A DNA stretch of 64,000 nt from assembly GCF_006345805.1 (NCBI RefSeq), contig NC_042999.1, positions 154,938,001-155,002,000 on the forward strand, written 5' to 3'. The first letter of the stretch is position 1. Every line of letters begins with the position of its first letter. Source of the DNA: Octopus sinensis (Eukaryota). Shown piece by piece: positions 58,411-64,000 of this stretch. Both the position numbers and the translations under genes were made by a program. The notes beneath the pieces are model-generated. The model made no database searches, was not told the DNA's origin, and worked only from the letters and a program-made list of their open reading frames with translations.

Positions 58411-59870
58411 TATATATATACGACAGGCTTCTTTCAGTTTCCATTTAACAAATTAACTCACAAGGCTTTGGTTGGCCCGAGGCTGTAGTAGAAGATATTT
58501 GCTCATGGTGCCACACATTGGGACTCAACCCGGAACCATGTGTGTCTGTGTTTGTCTCCCCAACATTGCTTGACAACCGATGCTGGTGTGTTTACGTGCC
58601 CGTAACTTAGCGGTTCGGCAAAAGACACAGATAGAAAAAATACTAGGCTTACAAAGAACAAGTCCTGGGGTCGATTTGCTCGACTAAAGGCGGTGCTCCA
58701 GCATGGCCGCAGTCAAATGACTGAAACAAGTAAGTAAAGAGAGTAATTACTTTTTAGATAATGCTGTACAAATCACAGATTCTTTCTTCCTTTCTTTTTT
58801 TTTTCTTTCCAAATCTTGTCAATATTATCGTAATATTTACCCTTGTAATCCTGAAGAAATACGCATTCAACAAAGTTAGGTGGGAGAGGGAATGATCCCC
58901 CCCCCTCACACAAACACCTCAAAATAACCATTTCTACTATAAGCAAGAGGGCTAAAATTTGGTGGAAGGGGGTAAGTCGATTACATCCACCTCAGCGCTC
59001 GACTGGTACTTATTTTAACGACCCCGAAAGGATGAAAGGCGAAGTTGAGCTCAGCGGAATTTGAACTCAGAACGTAAAAATGGGACGAAATGCCTCTAAG
59101 CATTTTGTTCGACGCTCTAACAATTTTGCTAGCCCTTCTCCTGCTCCAATAATCTTAATCTACATCCATCCTTTATAATGGACTAGCAGTATCGCCCGGC
59201 GTTGCTCGGGTTTGTAAGGGAAATAACTATATAAGCATTTTTAGAGAGTTATAGCCAAAAAATAGCAAAAAAAATGCATTAAAAATGGAAAAAAAATTAT
59301 GGTAAATTTTTTTTAAATCGTAGACGCGCGCTAATACCCAGAAGGGCTCGATATGAATCACGACTATAAGATACCCGCTTTTGGTTACACTGCACCGCAA
59401 AATGTGGGAGTAGTTAGGAATCTAAATCGAAGGGGACAGACACACAACTTCACTTTTATAAATAAAGATATCGGGAAAATTTCATTAAAAATTATGCGTT
59501 CTTAAGCTATGAAGGAAGGAAACCAAGGCGTAAGAGAGGAGCATATTTCTGAAGTTATAACCAATAAATTAACAACCGTTTAAAATAACTGTAAATATTG
59601 AAATAATGTGATATTTGATAAAGATCAAATCCTAATAGAACCGCCTTTAATTATTTCTTTTTAAATGATCATGATCTGTATTTTGGCGGGGAAATAAAAC
59701 TGTTTTTGTTGTCGTTCGTTATCTTTCTGCAACCGCCAAACAAACTGTTGTGGTAACTAACGAAAGAGAAGAAAGAAATGTAAATATTAGTAAAACAGAA
59801 CCACATTATATGTAAATAGAAAAAGACTTCGACTTACTGAATTCTGATTTTCTAAATTACCTCCTAACAT
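41068..59870 (-). CDS. NME7: Nucleoside diphosphate kinase 7 (DM10 + two NDPK domains), 9 coding exons, 384 aa
   Basis: Exons 59870-59838, 57572-57462, 51026-50860, 48488-48327, 46742-46588, 46268-46119, 44610-44375, 43146-43039 and 41100-41068 join in frame (1155 nt incl. TGA) through GT-AG introns. RYCFVVDWYD..RRYQFLYYPKDKSVEM (DM10), TCCVVKPHAV, EEFLEVYKGVVPEY, GPADPEIARHLRP..NAVHCTDLPEDG.LEVEYFFKILD match NME7. Confidence 0.95.
41687..41734 (-). ncRNA. Minimal type I hammerhead ribozyme motif inside a Penelope-like palindrome
   Basis: - strand reads gtct-CTGATGA-agggatat(ataaa)atatcctg-GAAAC-agct-GTA-agac. It sits in a ~190-bp inverted repeat at 41640-41828. Confidence 0.75.
42104..42143 (-). 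ncRNA. Variant hammerhead ribozyme motif (CUGUCGA core)
   Basis: - strand reads atcttt-CTGTCGA-agagc(atag)gctc-GAAAT-GTA-aaagat. Stem I is a perfect 6 bp, but there are two core deviations. Confidence 0.5.
43039..43146 (-). CDS. NME7: NME7 exon 8
   Basis: EIARHLRPRSLRAQFGIDKIKNAVHCTDLPEDGILE. Confidence 0.95.
44375..44610 (-). CDS. NME7: NME7 exon 7 (NDPK domain B)
   Basis: GLAPKIIRTITDAGFEITAIQMFHLERLCAEEFLEVYKGVVPEYPSMVTELTSGPCVA...GPADP. Confidence 0.95.
45280..45670 (+). mobile_element. SINE with Meta-like domain and RTE-type (GAT)n tail
   Basis: gtggttggcgttaggaagggcatccagc...aacccatgctagcatggaaagcggacgttaaacgatgatg. Other copies at about 41260-41445, 42720-42855 and 51125-51317. Confidence 0.65.
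46119..46268 (-). CDS. NME7: NME7 exon 6
   Basis: ANLCYGPRCAGEAAQQLEFFFP...EDCTCCVVKPHAVLSG. Confidence 0.92.
46588..46742 (-). CDS. NME7: NME7 exon 5
   Basis: KLIENMTSGPVVALELLGDDAICSWLRALGP...PLTISAHFGE. Confidence 0.92.
46835..47114. repeat. ~280-bp palindrome (~135-bp arms)
   Basis: aattgcagcatggaaggtgtttataagccatttaaaaacacagaaaaattgttagat... is mirrored by ...atctaacaatttttctgtgtttttaaatggcttataaacaccttccacactgcaatt; centre at about 46974. Confidence 0.9.
47136..47437 (+). mobile_element. Non-autonomous Helitron (family C)
   Basis: A|TCtttatatataaaa ... hairpin ... CTAG|T. Inverted copy at 59183-59468. Confidence 0.82.
48327..48488 (-). CDS. NME7: NME7 exon 4 (NDPK domain A)
   Basis: TLGLLNAKAVPKMGEMFEFIQNKGFKITKMKMCVLTRAEAAEF; phases 2/2 fit the neighbouring exons. 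Confidence 0.9.
49936..50726 (-). mobile_element. Internally deleted mariner element with both TIRs and TA TSD
   Basis: TIRs ttgggttgtccggaaagtt / aactttccggacaacccaa. The N-terminus MEDKKVHFRRLML is fused to the C-terminal [28 protein letters not shown] (YSPDLAP motif). Confidence 0.9.
50389..50608. mobile_element. piggyBac-type MITE nested in mariner
   Basis: ttaa|ccctttag ... ctaaaggg|ttaa. Confidence 0.85.
50860..51026 (-). CDS. NME7: NME7 exon 3 (DM10)
   Basis: YEYKKHRVFLRRTVCDNISLEDLYIGSVINLFSRQLNVVDFGDEFTRRELTNQTQK. Confidence 0.93.
51326..51885. mobile_element. pogo/Tc2-like MITE interrupted by a SINE (51490-51868)
   Basis: ta|ccgta ... tacgg|ta termini, inner aaggaaccc / gggttcctt, and a duplicated acac(g/a)ttaaaat around the SINE. 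Confidence 0.65.
52215..52320 (+). mobile_element. RTE-type LINE reverse transcriptase fragment
   Basis: Translates as ..CQIQGKCIEQNRSVYAVFIDFTK.FDT, like the RTE RT motif QEKC.EQN..LY..FVDLTKAFDTV. Confidence 0.6.
52525..53600 (+). repeat. Two tandem copies of a ~530-bp (AAT)n-tailed retroposon
   Basis: gccctgatgcagtaccaggcagtggctctcatggc... starts at about 52530 and about 53076; each copy ends ctcactcaataataat-like. Confidence 0.8.
54075..54778 (+). mobile_element. CR1/L2-group LINE 3' end (RT C-terminal region) with (ATT)n tail
   Basis: ECDLGITVSSDLRWSKHI...LYTAMVRPHLEFASSVWNPY...LESVQRRATKRI...YSERL..L..RR, then TRGH.YK. Confidence 0.88.
55760..55920. repeat. Inverted repeat / small MITE-like hairpin
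   Basis: actactgtttagctccagggaaaa..tcttttccagct mirrored by agctggaaaagatgttttcctggggctaaacagtagt. Confidence 0.7.
56130..56550 (-). mobile_element. Nin/Deu-domain SINE dimer with tail B
   Basis: Same architecture as 11251-11667 and 60358-60770. Confidence 0.8.
57230..57360. repeat. 17-bp minisatellite (tagctaatgtatgcata)n
   Basis: About 7 degenerate tandem units. Confidence 0.8.
57462..57572 (-). CDS. NME7: NME7 exon 2 (DM10)
   Basis: EEDCKRYCFVVDWYDAVASLTRRYQFLYYPKDKSVEM; tgcag acceptor and gtaagt donor. Confidence 0.93.
59183..59468 (-). mobile_element. Non-autonomous Helitron (family C) in NME7 intron 1
   Basis: TC...hairpin...CTAG in an AT target; homologous to 47136-47437. Confidence 0.82.
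59838..59870 (-). CDS. NME7: NME7 putative first coding exon (MLGGNLENQNS)
   Basis: ATG at 59870-59868, donor gtaagt in phase 0 matching exon 2, adjacent to X-box/ETS motifs. The sequence is not conserved, so this exon is inferred. Confidence 0.65.
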
Positions 59871-59959
59871 CGTGATGCAAGTAATTTCTTTTCTTTTTAA
59901 ACGCAGAGAATTCTAAATCAAACTTATGAAAATCGAGACATTTTCTTTTAGTTAGGAAG

Positions 59960-60014
59960 CTGTTGTTAGCAACGGTTCCAAACCGGAAGAATTTAGAAAT
60001 ATCTCTTCCGGAAA
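59960..60014. promoter_or_regulatory. Putative NME7 promoter: RFX X-box-like gttgttagcaac (59962-59973) and two ETS-like ccggaa sites (59983-59989, 60005-60013)
   Basis: Motifs lie 90-140 bp upstream of the putative ATG. A second X-box-like gttgtggtaac is at 59747-59757 in intron 1. Confidence 0.55.
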
Positions 60015-61945
60015 CAATATTAAACCGTTCACAGCTGACTTAGAAGGGGGCTTCTATGTGTGAGAAGCTTCGAAATGCTAGAAATAGCAGCCAGGTCTCT
60101 CCCAAATTACGGCGAGCTGCGTTTTATTTAAAGAAGACGTGTTGGTGGCAGCCAGATAGAAAAGATCCAAGTTCTGGATCTGGATAATCTGTGCTGGAAT
60201 GGTCACAGTTGGAATAACTTTTGATGATACGTTTGCTCAATCTCGGGGTGCTAGGAGCTTCGAAATGCTAGAAATAGCAGCCAGATCATTTCGATGCTGT
60301 AGTTTTGGACCTGGGTGCATTTGAACTCGGGGTAAACAACAACGGCGATAGTTATTCGGGCGGGCTGGCAGAAATGTTAGCATGCCGGGCGAAATGCTTT
60401 GTGGTATTTCGTCCATCGCTGCGTTCTGAGTTCCAATTCCGCCGAGGTTGACTTTGCTTTTCATCTTTTCGAGGTCGATAAATTAAGTACCAGTTACGCC
60501 CTGGAGTCGATATAATCGATTTAATCCGTTTGTCTGTCCTTGTTTGTCCTCTCTGTGTTTAGCCCCTTGTGGGTAGTAAAGAAATCGGTATTTTGTCTGC
60601 CGCTACGTTCTGAGTTCAAATTCCTCCGAGGTCGACTTTGCCTTTCATCCTTTCGGAGTCGATAAATTAAGCACCAGTTACGCACTGGGGTCGATATAAT
60701 CGACTTAATCCGTTTGACTGTCCTTGTTTGTCCCCTCTGTGTTTAGACCCATGTGGGCAGTAAAGAAATAAGTTATTCACAATAAGGAAGAGAAAAATAT
60801 ATCCCAAGCGGTGCGAGAGATATTAGTTAAACAAACGTCAGGTAGATCCTATGTGGTGAGACAAAAATCTTCGATTTACTCAAATTATCTATGCAATTCA
60901 TGAACAAAAGCTCCCTCTATATGTGTTTAAAATCTCAAAAACAAATATCGAGATGACTTTATTAAAAACGAAGCAAGACGATGTGAGTGAATCTTTTTAC
61001 CTTGTTTCAGTCCTTAGACTGCGGCCTAGCTGGGGCACTGCCTTGACGGGTTTAGTACTAATTTTTTTAAAAGTCTAGAACTTATTCTAATGTCTCTTTT
61101 GCCAAACCACCGATGTTACGAGGCTGTAAACAAACCAACAGTGATTGTCAAGTAGTGTACGCGGGAGAGGTACACAAGCACAAGGGACACACACACACAT
61201 ACACACACACACACACACACACCACACAAACACACACACACACACACACACAAATTTATATATACACAATGGGCTTCCATAGTTTCATTCTACCAAATTC
61301 ACTTACAAGACATTGGTCGACCCGGAGCTACAGAACATGCTTGTCCAAGGTGTCTTGCAGTGGGATTGAACCGAAACCCACCTAGCCAAAGAGCGAACTT
61401 CTTAATCACACAGTCATGTCTACGCCTTGTCTTTGAAGAAAGCCTCTTTCAGCCCTTTTACATCTCTCCTAAGCGGAGCATAATATTCAACGAAATCAGG
61501 GACTTAAAATACAACAATATGTCTTTACTCGTTTTTTTTTTACTTGTGTCGGTCATGTGACTGTGGCCATGCTGGAGCACCGCCTTTAGTCGAGCAAATC
61601 GACCTCAGGACTTATTCTTTGTAAGCCTAGTACTTATTCTATCGATCTCTTTTGCCGAACCGTTAAGTTACGGCGACGTAAACTCACCAGCATCGGTTGT
61701 CAAGCGATGTTGGGGGGACAGACACAGACACACAAACATATACGCACGCACACACACACACACACACAAATATATATATAGGCGCAGGAGTGGCTGTGTG
61801 GTAAGTAGCTTGCTAACCAACCACATGGTTCCGGGTTCAGTCCCACTGCGTGGCATCTTGGGCAAGTGTTTTCTGCTATAGCCCCGGGCCGACCAATGCC
61901 TTGTGAGTGGATTTGGTAGACGGAAACTGAAAGAAGCCTGTCGTG

Positions 61946-61976
<31 letters not shown>

Positions 61977-62178
61977 GCTTGTGTGTCTGTGTTTGTCCCC
62001 CTAGCATTACTTGACAGCCGATGCTGGTGTGTTTACGTCCCCGTAACTTAGCGGTTCGGCAAAGGGGACCGATAGAATAAGTACTGGGCTTGCAAAAAAT
62101 GAGTCCCGGGGTCGATTTGCTCGACTAAAGGCGGTGCTCCAGCATGGCCGCAGCCAAATGACTGAAACAAGTAAAAGA

Positions 62179-62223
<45 letters not shown>

Positions 62224-62224
<1 letters not shown>

Positions 62225-62604
62225 TAGCAGTATCGCCCGGCGTTGCTCAGGTTTGTAAGGGAAATAACTATAAAGCATTTTTAGAGAGTTATAGTCAAAA
62301 AATAGCAAAAAAATGGGAAAAAAATGATGGTAAATTTTTTTTGAGAGTTAAAAAGGTGGAGTTGCGTCCCCTAGACGGTCTGTGGTTTGGGTTTCTGATT
62401 CTCGACCCCATGTCGAATTTATCGATTTTTTTCAGAACTGAGGGAACTTTTCAAAATTTTCGCTGCGTTAGTTTTGAATTATGACATTGGGCTATGTGTG
62501 TGTCAAGTTTCATCAGAATCGGTTGAAAGCCGTGGTCAGAGTGAGGGTACGAGAAAACAGACACACAGAAAACGCACAGACAAACTGCCGTTTATATATA
62601 GAGA
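62224..62604 (-). mobile_element. Non-autonomous Helitron (family A) inserted in a (TA)n tract
   Basis: Near-identical to 9548-9930. Confidence 0.85.
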
Positions 62605-63199
62605 TATATATATATATATATACGACAGGCTTCTTTCAGTTTCCGTCTACCAAATTCACTCACAAGGCTTTGATCGGCCCGAAGCTATAGTAGAAGACAT
62701 TTGCCCAAGGTTCCACGCAGTGGGACTGAACCCGGAACCATGTGGTTGGTAAGCAAGCTACTTACCACAGAGCCACTCCTACGCCTACGTCTGTAAATAA
62801 TATTTTCAACTGGCAACTTTATAAGTGAGGGAATGAATTTTGCTCCGGGAGTGCAAACCCAGGCCCGATGAAGTTTTTCAGGAGGATGTTCAAACCGTTT
62901 TTATTGCCCACGAAAATTTTAGTGGGTGCTCTTGTAACCCTTGTATCTCTTGTTTCCGATCCTATGTGTGGCTTTTGAAATGTTCAAGAATGGGTACTGG
63001 ACCCCTAGCAAGACTAAGATGCTCGTAAGGTGGGGAACCTGGATGTTTCAACGCCTCAGCCTTGCAATTACCTGCGCTGATGGCATATCTTGGGGTATCT
63101 AAAAAATTTAGAAAGGAACCAATTTCCTCTGACCTGATTATAGCTGAAATACAATGAATGGTATGCTTGTGCTCCCGTGGCGATTATTTATTGATTGAT

Positions 63200-64000
63200 T
63201 TTCTTTGCTTTTTTTTCTTTATTCCTTTTCCATTTTCTAACTGTTTACTTTTATATGTAACGTAACCACGAATCTGGTCTCCGTCATTCTTTGTGTCAAA
63301 ACGCTCTTCAAAACCTTTCCATTAACACTGACCAGTGATATTGGTTAGCACTGACCAATCCTTTTAACGTACTTCACCTCTTCCGCAATATACATCAAAG
63401 TGCTCATTATAACTCCTTTTCGGATAGAGAGCCCATTCTAGCCAGCCTTTGCCATTTGTAACACAGCATCAACCACCTTCAGTTGCAAATCACCCACGTC
63501 AAACTCATACAGTGGTTTTATTGGTGTGCTAAAACCTGAGGTCGCCATGAGCGGCTCACTCCATTTCTCATCTGAACATGTGGATTTCAGATATGCTTCC
63601 CGCTCTTCTTTCAACACCTTTAGGAATTCGAATGCTCTTTCTTCATACATTTTTGGTCTTTATAGAAACCCTTTCACCGTTTCTCTCGGTATTTCCTCTT
63701 CTAGAAATGCTATTCCGCCTTTCTCTTGTTTACGAACCTTCCCTTCACATCATCATAGAGCTCCGAAGGGCCTGCTTTTATTTCTTCCCGAGCCTTCAAC
63801 ATCTGTCACCAAAGAATTTTTTTCTAGGCCTGAAATTCGCCAGCAGACGCCGCTTTCTTCGATAACTTCCATCCCAAATTGCTCGGTTTCCTCTACTCAA
63901 CATGGACTTGGGGACTTGGCCCCAAATTCTTCCGTTGACTAAAATTAACGCAGTTTCAGCACCCCTGGCTCCCCCCCCCCCCGCTTCACTCTTCAATTCC
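63200..64000 (-). mobile_element. Highly degenerate purine-rich coding remnant, possibly another ORF1-like unit
   Basis: Fragments such as RISGLEKIL and EFDVGDLQLKVV loosely resemble the 22.8-28.8 kb ORF1 family. Many stops and frameshifts. Confidence 0.3.

Overview
Eukaryotic, AT-rich, repeat-dense genomic DNA. It is most likely an octopus (coleoid cephalopod), inferred from the tRNA-derived SINE families and microsatellite load, not from a search. Three host-type genes can be reconstructed. (1) The 3' part of a + strand, intron-containing GH20 beta-N-acetylhexosaminidase of the bacterial chitobiase type: five exons at 5981-16061, with the first and last exons not found. (2) An intronless 618-aa hAT (Buster/SPIN; GTF2IRD2/EPM2AIP1-like) transposase-derived ORF at 34004-35860. 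(3) A complete 9-exon NME7 gene on the - strand (59870-41068, 384 aa) with an X-box/ETS-type promoter and a degenerate first NDPK domain. The rest is mobile DNA: a decayed Helitron helicase, non-autonomous Helitrons, mariner/maT/pogo/piggyBac/Merlin-type elements, CR1/L2- and RTE-type LINE remnants, several modular SINE families and Penelope-type hammerhead ribozyme motifs. The most unusual structure is a divergent, head-to-tail cluster (about 22.8-28.8 kb) of gag/ORF1-only retroelements with no ORF2. Their 3' terminus is shared with a local SINE subfamily. A 100-N assembly gap lies at 21513-21612. Most ORFs in the supplied track are microsatellite or SINE artefacts.
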